Positions 41,694-51,868 of a stretch of DNA of 64,000 nucleotides are shown here, in pieces; positions within the stretch are counted from its first letter, which is position 1, and each line of letters begins with the position of its first letter. The position numbers and the translations under genes are program-made. Below the pieces are notes generated by a model that was not told the DNA's origin, ran no database searches, and saw only the letters and a list, made by a program, of their open reading frames with translations. Source of the DNA: an uncultured Spirochaetota bacterium (lineage in GTDB: Bacteria; Spirochaetota; Spirochaetia; SZUA-6; Fen-1364); assembly GCA_963745235.1 (NCBI GenBank), contig CAVUXE010000022.1, positions 32,001 through 96,000 on the forward strand, read 5' to 3'.

Positions 41694-43862
41694 ATGAGCG
41701 AGGCAGCGACCCTCGAAGACCGCCTGGAGAGGCTGCTCCAGGTTGCCGGGACCGACGAAGGATTCTACGTCCTGGCGCTGCACTCCTTCATCGAGGCCTA
41801 TATCTGCGACGAGGTGCCGACCATCCGGGGGAGAGAGGGCTTCTCGGAGCGCCTGCGCGCATTCGCTGACCATCTTGCGGCGCACGGGGCGCCGGCGGAG
41901 GGCCCGCGGACCATTTCCCGCATCATCCAGGAGCACGCCATCACCAACCGCGTGCGCCATTCGTTCACCCGGCTCGACAGGGAGGAGGCGCTCGCGGCGA
42001 CGCACAACTTCCTGCGCTTCTGCTCCCTCTGCGGAATCGGCTCCGCCGCGCTCTCGAAGCTCTCGCAATCCCTTTCTCTCTGGGAGGAGAAACGCTCCCC
42101 GCTTTCACAGAGCCAGGAGCTCCAGCGGATCCAGGTCGAGCTTCGCGCGGCCCAGCAGGACACGACGAAGCTCCTTGCCCAGACGGAGGCGTGGGCGAAG
42201 GACAAGCTGCGTCTCGCCGAGCTGGAGGGGGAGGCGCTTCGCCTGTCATCGCAGCTTGCCCGGGAAAAAGCCCGCGCGGACGCCAAGGCGGAAAGGCTCG
42301 ACCAGCTTCGCAAGGACCTGAACGATATCGCCATGGAGAAGCGGAAGCTCGGCGAGCAGCTGGCGAGCTACCGGGACCTCGACCTGTACGTGGACCATGT
42401 CAGCAGGTTCTCCCTGTACACGCGCACACGCATGGACTACGAGCGCAGCGTGATGAAGCTCACCCCTGAGCAGTCCGAGGCGGTGGACGGCATCAGGCCG
42501 GGATTCGACTTCCTCATCCGCGGGGGGGCCGGGACGGGAAAGACAATCGTCCTCCTGCACGCGCTGGAAAAAGTGCGGCGCGCCAGGGAAACGGAGCTCG
42601 ATCTCGGGCCGGGGATGCGCATCCTCTTTCTCACCTACACCAACACCCTGGTGAAATATGACCGTTACGTCGCGGAGATCCTCCGGGAGAAGGACGCGGA
42701 TGACCTGATCATCACCGCGGACAGCTTCTTCCTTTCACGGCTTCGCCTCCTGGGCCAGAGGCAGAGGGTGGATTATGCAGTCCTCCCCCGTCTTGCGGAG
42801 AAGCACAACACAACGGGCTTCTTCTCCCCCCCGGAGCTTGCCCTGGAGATCGAGGAGCTGATCTTCGGCAACCTCGTGACCCGCCGGGAATACGTGGATG
42901 AAATGATCCCCCGCCGGGGCATGCGCCAGCCGCTCACCGCGGGGCAGCGGGAGGCGGTGTGGAAGATCCGGGACGCCATCGTTTCAGAGATGGAGCATGA
43001 CGGGGTCCTGAGCAAGAACTACTCCCGGATAAAGCTGATCGACCACCTGGAGTCTCATCCCCAGGACCCCCGGCTTCGAGACCTGGACGTCGCGTTCGTG
43101 GACGAATCCCAGGACCTGAGCCCCGCGGACCTGAAGGCCCTGAAGCTCATGACGCGACGCGGCCTTGTCATGGCCGGGGACACGGGGCAGAGCATCTACG
43201 GCATCAGCTCCCCCTACAGGCGGGCCGGGGTCGACATCACGGGCAGGTCGCGCGTGCTTCGCACGAGCTTCCGCAATACCGTGCCCATCCACGATGTGAC
43301 GGAGGCCTACCGCCGGCTCTCGGGGCTTGACGACGAGGATGCCGGGGGCACCGTCGCATTTCGGGAAGGACCGGGCCCTGAGCTGTACACCGCGCCGACC
43401 CGCCAGGACCTCATGAGGCTGCTCCTGAGAAAGGCTTCACTTTTCATCGAAAGGCTCGGCTACGACCCGGAGAACCTGGCCGTGCTGGCCCCGACAAAGA
43501 CCGACCTCGCGGCCATTGGCGACATGCTCGGGCACGCGGGCTACCAGCATGCAAACATCCGTGATGAAGATTTCTCCTTCAAGCACGAAAAGACCATCCG
43601 GCTCTCCAGCCTCCACTCCAGCAAGGGCCTGGATTTCCCCGTGGTCCTCCTGTTCCTTCCCTCCCTGCCTCCGCGGACGGAGTACGACGGGAAGGCCGGG
43701 GACACCCTCGTCAGGAACCTCATCTACGTTGCGATGAGCCGCGCGATGGACAACCTGAACGTGTTCACCCTGGAAGGAGCTCACGATGGCCAGCAGGAAG
43801 AGCCGCTCCAGGACCTCGTGCGCGTCTTCCGGCAGTCCTCATCTTCCCCTGGCCCCTCCTGA
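41694..43862 (+). CDS. SF1 (UvrD-like) helicase with an N-terminal helical (HEPN-like) domain and coiled coil
   Basis: GGAGTGKT, FVDESQD, GDTGQSIY, SFRN, HSSKGLDF, YVAMSRA; coiled coil at roughly aa 135-230. Confidence 0.85.
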   Translation: MSEAATLEDRLERLLQVAGTDEGFYVLALHSFIEAYICDEVPTIRGREGFSERLRAFADHLAAHGAPAEGPRTISRIIQEHAITNRVRHSFTRLDREEALAATHNFLRFCSLCGIGSAALSKLSQSLSLWEEKRSPLSQSQELQRIQVELRAAQQDTTKLLAQTEAWAKDKLRLAELEGEALRLSSQLAREKARADAKAERLDQLRKDLNDIAMEKRKLGEQLASYRDLDLYVDHVSRFSLYTRTRMDYERSVMKLTPEQSEAVDGIRPGFDFLIRGGAGTGKTIVLLHALEKVRRARETELDLGPGMRILFLTYTNTLVKYDRYVAEILREKDADDLIITADSFFLSRLRLLGQRQRVDYAVLPRLAEKHNTTGFFSPPELALEIEELIFGNLVTRREYVDEMIPRRGMRQPLTAGQREAVWKIRDAIVSEMEHDGVLSKNYSRIKLIDHLESHPQDPRLRDLDVAFVDESQDLSPADLKALKLMTRRGLVMAGDTGQSIYGISSPYRRAGVDITGRSRVLRTSFRNTVPIHDVTEAYRRLSGLDDEDAGGTVAFREGPGPELYTAPTRQDLMRLLLRKASLFIERLGYDPENLAVLAPTKTDLAAIGDMLGHAGYQHANIRDEDFSFKHEKTIRLSSLHSSKGLDFPVVLLFLPSLPPRTEYDGKAGDTLVRNLIYVAMSRAMDNLNVFTLEGAHDGQQEEPLQDLVRVFRQSSSSPGPS

Positions 43863-44936
43863 CGGCGCCCCTCCTGATGGCGGTGCTCCCGACGGCGCCG
43901 CTCCCGGCTGCGCGGCGGACACCGAGCTCTCATCAGGCATCTTGTTCTTTCTCTTCTCTGCTCTTCGAGCCAGCATCCTGGCCTGCGCTTCCGGCGAGCC
44001 GTCATGCCAGGTGCCGAACCACTGGTCCAGCGGCACCGCTTCCGTGCCGAAATTGACGGTGAAGAAGCGATGGTGCAGGTAGTGAAAGTAGTTGTCGTTT
44101 CTCAAGCCGCGTTCTTCCTGCGTCACGAACTTGTCGAAACCGGCGTGGCCGAGCGCCGGCGTCAGGCCCGCGTGCTGGAGGTTGAAGATCAGGTGAATCG
44201 GGTGCGAGGGGACGATCCAGTGGATCATGGCCACGGAGAAGTACAGGAGGTGCTCGAGGGGATGCATTGCAAGTCCCGACCAGGGCCCGACGTTGACGTT
44301 CTTGTGATGAACGAAGTGGATCAGGTTGTACATCGGCTTCCAGTGGATGAACCGATGGATCCAGTAGAAGTGGAACACGCGCCAGAGGACGATCCCGATG
44401 AACAGAAGAACGAAATACACCGGGTGCGAGCGGAAGTCCACGTACGGTATCAGCCTGTTCGCGTACGCCCACAAGGTCACCGCCTCGTACGCGGACCAGA
44501 TGGTGCACGCGCTCACGAGGTTCCAGAAGATGTTGTCCCACGTCTGGTTTGCGAACAGGAACTTTGGATCATGGGTTGCGAGCCACTTGTTGGAGTATTT
44601 GTACTTCATCCCCTGCCCGCGCGTGGCGTACAGCCTCAGGTGCAGCCCTCCGGCCATCAGGATCAGGAGCACGGCATTGCGCGCATAGATCTCCAGCATC
44701 CACCCCGGGGCAAAGCGGACAGTGCGATCGAATCCCGGCGTGAAGAACAGCCAGCTGACGACCGCAAGGACAACCAGAACAAGGTTCACCGGCCAGAGGA
44801 AGCCTTCCGGCGCGAACAGGTACGTGGCGATCCTTGAAAGGTTGAAGGGCCATCCGAACAGCGGGCTCGGCTTGGGAAGCGGATCCGGGACCCATTCTCC
44901 GCGAGAGTCGCGCTTGCCCCACTCGGTATCAGCCAT
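43839..44936 (-). CDS. Sterol desaturase/fatty acid hydroxylase family membrane protein
   Basis: His boxes HFYWIHRFIH, HFVHHK, HPLEH, HYLHHR. Confidence 0.9.
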   Translation of the reverse strand: MADTEWGKRDSRGEWVPDPLPKPSPLFGWPFNLSRIATYLFAPEGFLWPVNLVLVVLAVVSWLFFTPGFDRTVRFAPGWMLEIYARNAVLLILMAGGLHLRLYATRGQGMKYKYSNKWLATHDPKFLFANQTWDNIFWNLVSACTIWSAYEAVTLWAYANRLIPYVDFRSHPVYFVLLFIGIVLWRVFHFYWIHRFIHWKPMYNLIHFVHHKNVNVGPWSGLAMHPLEHLLYFSVAMIHWIVPSHPIHLIFNLQHAGLTPALGHAGFDKFVTQEERGLRNDNYFHYLHHRFFTVNFGTEAVPLDQWFGTWHDGSPEAQARMLARRAEKRKNKMPDESSVSAAQPGAAPSGAPPSGGAPSGGARGR

Positions 44937-44958
44937 GGCAGCACCTCCACCAGAGAAG

Positions 44959-46458
44959 CTACGGCTCCCCGGGAGGGCGGTCAACAGATTCCGCCTTGAC
45001 CCATCGGAGAATCGCAGTCATGGCGTGAAGGTCTTCCTGGTTGTAGCGCGCAATCTCCGCCATGATCTGCGAGCGCTCCTGTTCGTCCTTGCTCTCACAG
45101 GCGCGAACGTAGCGGCCAATGGACCAGTCCCCGCCGTAATCATCCATGGTTCGCGTGTAGCCGCTCAGGCCCTCGACGACCTTCAGACCGTAGCTGGGAA
45201 CCGGAAGGGCAAGGGAGTCTCGAACGGCCCTCAGCAGGTCGAAGCAGCATTCCAGGACCCGCGCGGCCACACCAGTCGGATCCCCGAACCTGTCGATGTA
45301 GGATCTTATCTTTGCCTTCTCGTAGTCTCCCCAATGGACGAAAGGGATCCGGCTGTGCACCTGAAAGATCTTTCCGGTGATCTCCAGGAACTTCTTCCAT
45401 CCCTCCCGGTCCGCGTCGGGACCGAAGCCGGCCATGGCAGGGCTGTACGGGCCCTCCGGTCCGCCCTCCCCGTACACCTGCGTGCCCCAGAGATACACCG
45501 TGTCCAGCTCGTCGTGCTGCGGCGGCATTCCTTCGAGGTCCAGCATGACCATGGGCGTGTCAGGCACGGTGAGCGGGCCGAGCTTGATCACCTTCCGTGA
45601 GGCGAGCGCCTGCGCCTGGGAAAGGATCCTGCCTGCCGCCGCGCCCACGCGCCGCGAGGCGCCTCCCCGCGTGCGGGTGAGCCCTGCCAGGCGCTTTGCG
45701 TCCATGGTCTCCAGGAGCTTGTCGTACGTGCGTATCCCCAGCCCTCGAAGGACGCGCGCCGTCCCCTGGTCCACGCCGTAGACAAGGGACACATCATGCT
45801 CCGCGGCGGCCTTTGTCCAGCACCTCTGCTGGAACAGGCACGCCCCGCATTTGGACCACCCCAGCGGCTCCCACGGCTCGTCGGCCAGAAGGAGCAGGTG
45901 GCGGATCCCGCCCAGGTCCTTCTCCGCCTGAGCGGCGCCGGCGTAGGCCACTGCCTCGATTGTTCGATCTCCCAGATACACCTCCAAAGCCGCCGGCGGG
46001 CGACTGAAGGTCTTTTCGAAAAGCCATCCGTACGTCTGGAGCTGGTGTCGGATTTCCGGGTGACTTTCTCCCCGTATGCTGCGGGAGAGCTTGCAGTCTC
46101 GTATCCGATAGGAATCATTCGACAGCAGCATGAAGTCCGGTATGCCGGTGACGATGTCGCGGGAGCCGGGCAACGCCGCGCGGAGCACTCCCTGGTAGAT
46201 GACGGGGGCCCGGTTCTGCGCGGCTTCCCGGGTCCTCTGCGCCCTGTCCGCGAGGCTGCCTTCCGCAAGGTTCCTGGGCGCGGGGAACGTGGCCAGGTGC
46301 TCCTTCTCGTGGCGCTCACCGAGGTCCCTCATGACCTGGTCCAGCTCGGTCGGCTCTCCGCCTGGCTCCGCGGCCGCAAGGAGAAACACCCGCTTCTCGC
46401 AGGTGCTGGGGCGATAGAGACCGTAGAAGCTGGATGCGGACAGGTGCACCGACTTCAT
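44959..46458 (-). CDS. TM0106 family RecB-like nuclease (PD-(D/E)XK domain plus RNase H-like C-terminus)
   Basis: IYQGVL, GIPDFM, IRDCK, QLQTY, CGACLFQQRC, LDLEG, YLWG, SYGLKVVE, YNQEDL. Confidence 0.88.
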   Translation of the reverse strand: MKSVHLSASSFYGLYRPSTCEKRVFLLAAAEPGGEPTELDQVMRDLGERHEKEHLATFPAPRNLAEGSLADRAQRTREAAQNRAPVIYQGVLRAALPGSRDIVTGIPDFMLLSNDSYRIRDCKLSRSIRGESHPEIRHQLQTYGWLFEKTFSRPPAALEVYLGDRTIEAVAYAGAAQAEKDLGGIRHLLLLADEPWEPLGWSKCGACLFQQRCWTKAAAEHDVSLVYGVDQGTARVLRGLGIRTYDKLLETMDAKRLAGLTRTRGGASRRVGAAAGRILSQAQALASRKVIKLGPLTVPDTPMVMLDLEGMPPQHDELDTVYLWGTQVYGEGGPEGPYSPAMAGFGPDADREGWKKFLEITGKIFQVHSRIPFVHWGDYEKAKIRSYIDRFGDPTGVAARVLECCFDLLRAVRDSLALPVPSYGLKVVEGLSGYTRTMDDYGGDWSIGRYVRACESKDEQERSQIMAEIARYNQEDLHAMTAILRWVKAESVDRPPGEP

Positions 46459-47144
46459 TCCCGCCCGCGCTCCTGCAGCATCCTTTCCAGCTTTTCCTTG
46501 ACCTTCGGCCACTCCTCCCGGGTGATGCTGAAGTACACCGAGTGCCTGATCCGTCCCTCCGCCGTGATGAGGTGATTGCGGAACACCCCCTCCTGGACCG
46601 CCCCGATGCGAAGCAGCGCGGCGCGCGAGCGGTCGTTCAGGGAATCCGTCTTGAACTCGATGCGGATGCACTGCAGCGTTTCGAAGGCGTGCCGGAGCAT
46701 CACGTATTTTGCCTCCGTGTTGACCCGCGTGCGCTGCCACGCCTTCCCGATCCAGGTCGCGCCGATCTCCATGCGGCGGTTGCGGGAGTCTATGCTCATG
46801 AACCGGGTCGTTCCGACGACGCGCGCCCCTGGGCCGTCGGAAAGGAGCACCGTCACGAACGGGATTGCGCTCATCGCGGCGCGCGCCGCCAGGGCGTCCC
46901 TGATGAACGCGGCCATCTGTTCACGGGTCGTGAGGCTGTTCGGCATGAGCCGGGAGATATCAGGATCCAGGCCTATCCCGCACAGCCCGTCAAGGTGATC
47001 TTCCCGCATCGGCTCCAGCCTGATGCCCGGGCCCTCCAGCACCGGCATGAACTCGTCCGGCCGGGGCCGGGGGGCGGTCGTCGTAAAGCGCACGGCAAGC
47101 CCGTCCGCGTCAACGGATGGCCAGCCGCCTTTCCTGTCGCTCAT
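46455..47144 (-). CDS. GNAT N-acetyltransferase (RimJ/RimL-like)
   Basis: EIGATW...QRTRVNTEAK, AFETL, RSRAALLRIGA..EG. Confidence 0.92.
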   Translation of the reverse strand: MSDRKGGWPSVDADGLAVRFTTTAPRPRPDEFMPVLEGPGIRLEPMREDHLDGLCGIGLDPDISRLMPNSLTTREQMAAFIRDALAARAAMSAIPFVTVLLSDGPGARVVGTTRFMSIDSRNRRMEIGATWIGKAWQRTRVNTEAKYVMLRHAFETLQCIRIEFKTDSLNDRSRAALLRIGAVQEGVFRNHLITAEGRIRHSVYFSITREEWPKVKEKLERMLQERGRE

Positions 47145-47219
47145 CGCTTCACCATACCCATGCCGCGGCCATCTTGACTACTCTCCCCGTCACGCGAAAC
47201 GATGCCGGGGGAGCAGCGT

Positions 47220-48065
47220 GTGACAAGGCTTATCGAGGCGCTTTGCGTGCGAACGGACGCAGAGGGCTGCTGGAAAATATCCGCGGGAGAGGTCGCGGGG
47301 CTTCTCGGCATCGAGCAGGTCCCGTTCTGGCGTGCGGTCCACGAGGTGCGGGACAGGATCAGCTTCTCAGAGGCCATCGACGGCTGGAACCAGGACACCG
47401 TGGGAGACCTGGTCACTCTGCTGGAAAAGCTGGTCGGCGCGGAGGCCGAAGAAAGGATGACGCAGGCAGGGTTGTTCCTGCCCTATGCGCTGGGCATCGA
47501 GCTGACGGAGGAGGTGGTGTTTCGCGCGCGCCGGCTCGCGGCGGCGCACGACGTGCGTTCGGATGAGCTTGGGGCCATGCTCCGCCACACCGGGAACGTC
47601 CGCGCGGCAATCGGGATCTACCTGGACGAGTACATCGATCTCGAAGAGCTCTTCCAGGCCAGCGTCGAGTCGTTCCTCGCCCTGCAAGGTCTGCCCGTTC
47701 GCGGGAGGACGACGGCGCGGCGCTACCTGCGCACCATGCTCGAACGCCACGTTCTGGAGCGGGCAGGACTGCTGGTGGGCCTCGCGGAAAGGCTGCGGCT
47801 GGCTGCGGCGCAGCTGGGGTACGGGGATGCCGAGGACCAGCCCCGCTCGAGCACCGGCAAAGCGCGCAGGACGGATGCGCGGACGTGGGCGCGTGTGGTC
47901 ATGGGCGTGGACGGCAGGAGCTATTCAGCGGAAGACCTGCGCCTTCTCTACAGAAGGCTCATGATGCGGCATCACCCCGACGTGGACCCCTTCGGCCTGG
48001 AGCGGTGCAAGGACGTGAACGCGGCATACGCCGTCCTGATCTCGGACCTCAGGGACCAGGGCTGA
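47220..48065 (+). CDS. Protein with a C-terminal J-domain
   Basis: LYRRLMMRHHPDV...KDVNAAYAVL. Confidence 0.8.
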   Translation: MTRLIEALCVRTDAEGCWKISAGEVAGLLGIEQVPFWRAVHEVRDRISFSEAIDGWNQDTVGDLVTLLEKLVGAEAEERMTQAGLFLPYALGIELTEEVVFRARRLAAAHDVRSDELGAMLRHTGNVRAAIGIYLDEYIDLEELFQASVESFLALQGLPVRGRTTARRYLRTMLERHVLERAGLLVGLAERLRLAAAQLGYGDAEDQPRSSTGKARRTDARTWARVVMGVDGRSYSAEDLRLLYRRLMMRHHPDVDPFGLERCKDVNAAYAVLISDLRDQG

Positions 48066-48360
48066 CGAGAGCCTTTTCGACGAGCTCCCGGTTCACCCGG
48101 AAGTGGTTCCAGACCTGCTCCAGCTTTCCCCCGGAGATGAGGATGAGCTGCGGGGATTCATGGGTGACGTTGTAGGCCTCTGCTATCCAGTTTGACAGGT
48201 CACGCTGCTCACGGACGTTCACCCAGTAGATGGGAAGGCCGGTCTGGAGCGCCTCCACCTCCCTGGCCGCGCGAGCGGACACGCCGCACGTGGTGGAATG
48301 CTTGTAGACGAGGCACTCCGCAGGCAAGGTCTTTTCGGAAAGCGGGATGATGCTGCTCAC
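48049..48360 (-). CDS. ytxJ: YtxJ/BrxC family monothiol redoxin
   Basis: YKHSTTCGVS, V.EQRDLSN.IA, HESPQ. Confidence 0.88.
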   Translation of the reverse strand: MSSIIPLSEKTLPAECLVYKHSTTCGVSARAAREVEALQTGLPIYWVNVREQRDLSNWIAEAYNVTHESPQLILISGGKLEQVWNHFRVNRELVEKALVSPGP

Positions 48361-48405
48361 GTGTTCTCCGATGGGGAGGAGGTTAGCAGAGCCGCAGCCC
48401 GCGGC

Positions 48406-48884
48406 TCAACCCCCGGCCGCGATGAAGGAGACTTTCTGTCGGATTGCCCCGAGATGGTACGCCACGTGGGCCAGGGCGCCCACTGCCCCTGCCATGGCCT
48501 CTTCGCTTTCCATCGCAAAGATCTCCACGGCGCGCCGTATGTCCCTGTATGCGGTGCGCAGCCGTCTTTGGCCCGCACCCACTCCTCACCGTCCACTGAG
48601 CTCACGCTCCAGCTCTCATCCCACTTGTGCGTGGTGCGGTCACCCTCGATCCATCGCGCGGAAGCGTGCAGCCCGAACGTCACGTGATTGACGTGCGCGG
48701 CTATGGTGGTCCTGCCCAGGACGCGGGAGGCCACCTCTGCGTCCAGTCTCTCCAGGGTGCCGAACAACCCCCCGTCCCGGCCGCTGTCGGTGAAGTAGCT
48801 CCACGTCTCCTGGGGGCCTTCAAAAGCCTCCGACAGGACTCCCAGGACCTGCTCCACCATTTCCCGCATTCCTATGACAGCCAT
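48406..48884 (-). CDS. DinB-superfamily protein, frameshift near 48570
   Basis: TIAAHVNHV; WDESW; the shifted frame gives AHVAYHLGAIRQ, stop at 48406-48408. Confidence 0.8.
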
Positions 48885-48969
48885 CAGATGCCGACCCTCC
48901 ACGTCGCATAGAATGTATGCACGGCCGGGCACGGAGGCAAAGCAAAGACACCCTCGGATCGGCATTTCG

Positions 48970-48998
48970 TTGACTTTTCCCCGGGGGCTCCGTATCAT
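48970..48998 (+). promoter_or_regulatory. Sigma70 promoter ahead of the small RHH-like gene and hut operon
   Basis: TTGACT (48970-48975)-17 nt-TATCAT (48993-48998). Confidence 0.8.
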
Positions 48999-49010
48999 GC
49001 CCGGGAGCGT

Positions 49011-49190
49011 ATGAAGCAGGTGACGATTCGGCTGGAGCTCCGCGTCTCGGATGAAATGAATGAGTTCATGCAGAACGAGGCGCAATCCCGCAAGCTGAGC
49101 TTCGAGGGGCTGATCCTGATGCTGATCGAAGAGCAGATGAAGCGGGTCCGGCAGGAGAACCAGCGGGTCAGCCCGCCCAAGAGCACATAG
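49011..49190 (+). CDS. 59-aa ribbon-helix-helix-like protein (absent from the ORF track)
   Basis: [65 protein letters not shown]; alternating beta strand followed by two helices. Confidence 0.7.
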   Translation: MKQVTIRLELRVSDEMNEFMQNEAQSRKLSFEGLILMLIEEQMKRVRQENQRVSPPKST

Positions 49191-49225
49191 AAAACCGAAA
49201 TCCGCCCGAATTTCGAGGTGAATCC

Positions 49226-50954
49226 ATGGCTGGATCAGCGAGGGCAAGACTTGAGGAGGAGCTGCGCATCGGATGCGGGGCTCCACGCCCCGTGCGCGCG
49301 CCGCGCGGCACGGAGCTCGCCTGCAAAGGCTGGCATCAGGAAGCAGCTCTGCGCATGCTGTGCAACAACCTGGACCCGCAGAACGCGGAGAAACCGGATG
49401 AGCTGATCGTGTACGGCGGCACGGGGAAAGCGGCGCGGGACTGGCGCTGCTTCGACGCGCTGGTCAGATCCCTGCTCGACCTGGAAGGCAACGAGACGCT
49501 GCTGGTGCAGTCCGGAAAGCCGGTCGGCATCCTGAGGACGCTTCCCCTGTCTCCCCGGGTCCTGATTGCAAACTCCAACCTCGTGCCGAAGTGGGCAACT
49601 TGGGAGCACTTCCACGAGCTGGAGGCGCGGGGCCTCATGATGTACGGGCAAATGACCGCCGGCTCATGGATCTACATCGGCACGCAGGGGATTCTCCAGG
49701 GCACCTATGAGACGTTCGCCGCGCTGGCGGAGAAGCACTTCGCCGGGACCCTTGCCGGCAGGATGGTCGTCAGCGCGGGGCTCGGCGGCATGGGGGGCGC
49801 CCAGCCCCTGGCGGTCACGATGAACGGCGGCGCGGTGATCTGCGTGGAGGTGGACCCGCACAGGATCCAGCGGCGGCTGCGACACCGGCTATCTCGACAG
49901 GAAGGCGGAGACCCTGGAGGAGGCCCTCTCCCAGGCGCGGGAGGCCGCGGCGCGAAAGGCGCCCCTCTCCATCGGCCTGCTGGGAAACGCGGCGGAGATT
50001 CTCCCCCGCATGGTGCGGGAAGGCGTCATTCCGGACGTGGTCACGGACCAGACCAGCGCCCATGACGAGCTGGCAGGCTATGTGCCGGATGGCATGCGCC
50101 TGGAGGCCGCCCTCGAGCTTCGACGCTCCGACCCAGCGCGGTATTCCGAGCTTGCCCTGGACGCGATGGCCCGGCACTGCAGGGCCATTCTGGACATGAA
50201 GGCGCGCGGCGCCGTGGCTTTCGACTACGGAAACAACCTCCGCGGCCAGGCCCTGAGAAGGGGCGTCGCAAACGCTTTCGACTATCCCGGCTTCGTGCCG
50301 GCGTATATCCGTCCGCTCTTCTGCCAGGGCGAAGGTCCTTTTCGCTGGGTCGCGCTCTCCGGCGACCCGAGGGACATCGAGGCCACGGATGAGGCGCTGA
50401 TCAGGACATTCCCCGAGAAGAAACGGATGGTGCAGTGGCTGGAGCTCGCGGCAAAGCGCGTGCGGCACATGGGGCTTCCGGCGCGCATCTGCTGGCTGGG
50501 GTACGGTGAGAGAGACAGGGCGGGAAAGCTTTTCAACGACATGGTGAGGGACGGTCGGCTCAGGGCGCCCATTGTGATCGGGAGAGACCACCTGGACGCC
50601 GGATCCGTCGCATCGCCAAACAGGGAAACAGAGGCCATGCTGGATGGATCGGATGCGGTGGCTGACTGGCCGCTTCTCAACCTCATGGTCAACGTTGCCT
50701 CCGGAGCCAGCTGGGCGTCCTTCCATCACGGCGGCGGAGTCGGGATGGGGTATTCGCTGCACGCGGGACAGGTCACGGTGGCGGACGGCACCGCTGACGG
50801 GGAGCTGCGGGTGACCACGGTGCTGAGAAATGACCCTGCGACCGGCATCCTGCGCCACGCGGATGCGGGGTACGAGCAGGCGGCCCAGGCTGCCGCCGCG
50901 CGAGGCGTGAAGATTCCCCTGGTCGGCACGGGCGGGCATGGTGAGGCTCGATGA
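49226..50954 (+). CDS. hutU: Urocanate hydratase, frameshift near 49880
   Basis: [58 protein letters not shown]. Confidence 0.96.
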
Positions 50955-51868
50955 GCCGCGGCCTCTTCGAATGCGTGCCGAACTACAGCGAGGGGCGGAG
51001 GCCGCAGGTCATCGACCGGATCATTGCCCCCTTCCAGGCCCGTGCGGGTGTCCATCTCCTGGATCATCGGGCGGACGCTGACCACAACCGGCTGGTGGTG
51101 ACCCTGGTGGGAGAGGCCGAGCCGCTCCAGGAGGCGCTCCTGGAATCCGCAATCGCTGCAATCGCCGCAATTGATCTTCGCGTCCATGCGGGCGAGCATC
51201 CAAGGATCGGGGCGGTGGACGTCATCCCGTTCGTCCCGCTGCGCGGCGTCGGCATGGGAGATGCCGTTTCCCTGGCTCGTTCCTTTGCGGCGAGATACGC
51301 CCGTGAGACATGCGTGCCCGTCTATCTCTACGAAGAGGCCGCCCTTCGTCCGGAGAGAAGGAACCTGGAGCTAGTCAGAAAAGGGCAGTTCGAAGGCCTC
51401 CAGGCTCAGATCTCCCTTCCCGAACGCGTGCCGGACTTCGGAGAGCCGAGGCTGCATCCCAGCGCGGGGGCCACCGCAATCGGTGCCCGGCAATTCCTGA
51501 TTGCCTTCAACATCAATCTGGATTCACGAGACGCGGGGCTTGCGCGGCGGATTGCCCGCGCAATCAGGGCGTCCAGCGGGGGGCTTCCCAAGGTCAAAGC
51601 CGTGGGAGTGGACCTGGCCGCCCGCGGGCTGGTGCAGGTGAGCGTGAACCTCACGGATTACCGCGTCACCCCGCTTCGCACGGTCCTGGAGCTCGTGCGC
51701 GCCGAGGCGGGGCGCGTCGGTGTGCGCGTCGTTGAGACGGAGATCTACGGCCTGGTGCCGGCGGCCGCGCTGCTCAAGGAGGCCGTGACAGACCTTCAGG
51801 TCGCGGGGTTCGACGAGGCCCAGGTGCTCGACCTGAGGCTCCTGGACATGGCCGCGGGGACGGAATGA
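50951..51868 (+). CDS. ftcD: Glutamate formiminotransferase
   Basis: [43 protein letters not shown]. Confidence 0.93.
   Translation: MSRGLFECVPNYSEGRRPQVIDRIIAPFQARAGVHLLDHRADADHNRLVVTLVGEAEPLQEALLESAIAAIAAIDLRVHAGEHPRIGAVDVIPFVPLRGVGMGDAVSLARSFAARYARETCVPVYLYEEAALRPERRNLELVRKGQFEGLQAQISLPERVPDFGEPRLHPSAGATAIGARQFLIAFNINLDSRDAGLARRIARAIRASSGGLPKVKAVGVDLAARGLVQVSVNLTDYRVTPLRTVLELVRAEAGRVGVRVVETEIYGLVPAAALLKEAVTDLQVAGFDEAQVLDLRLLDMAAGTE

Noticed and set aside
44959-46458. Cas4/CRISPR adaptation gene
   Set aside because: The RNase H-like C-terminus and length fit TM0106, and there is no cas1, cas2 or array.
49226-50954. Pseudogene or programmed-frameshift calls for hutU and the other split genes
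   Set aside because: Isolated indels with no slippery heptamer or further decay, spread across unrelated genes, are better explained by sequencing error.
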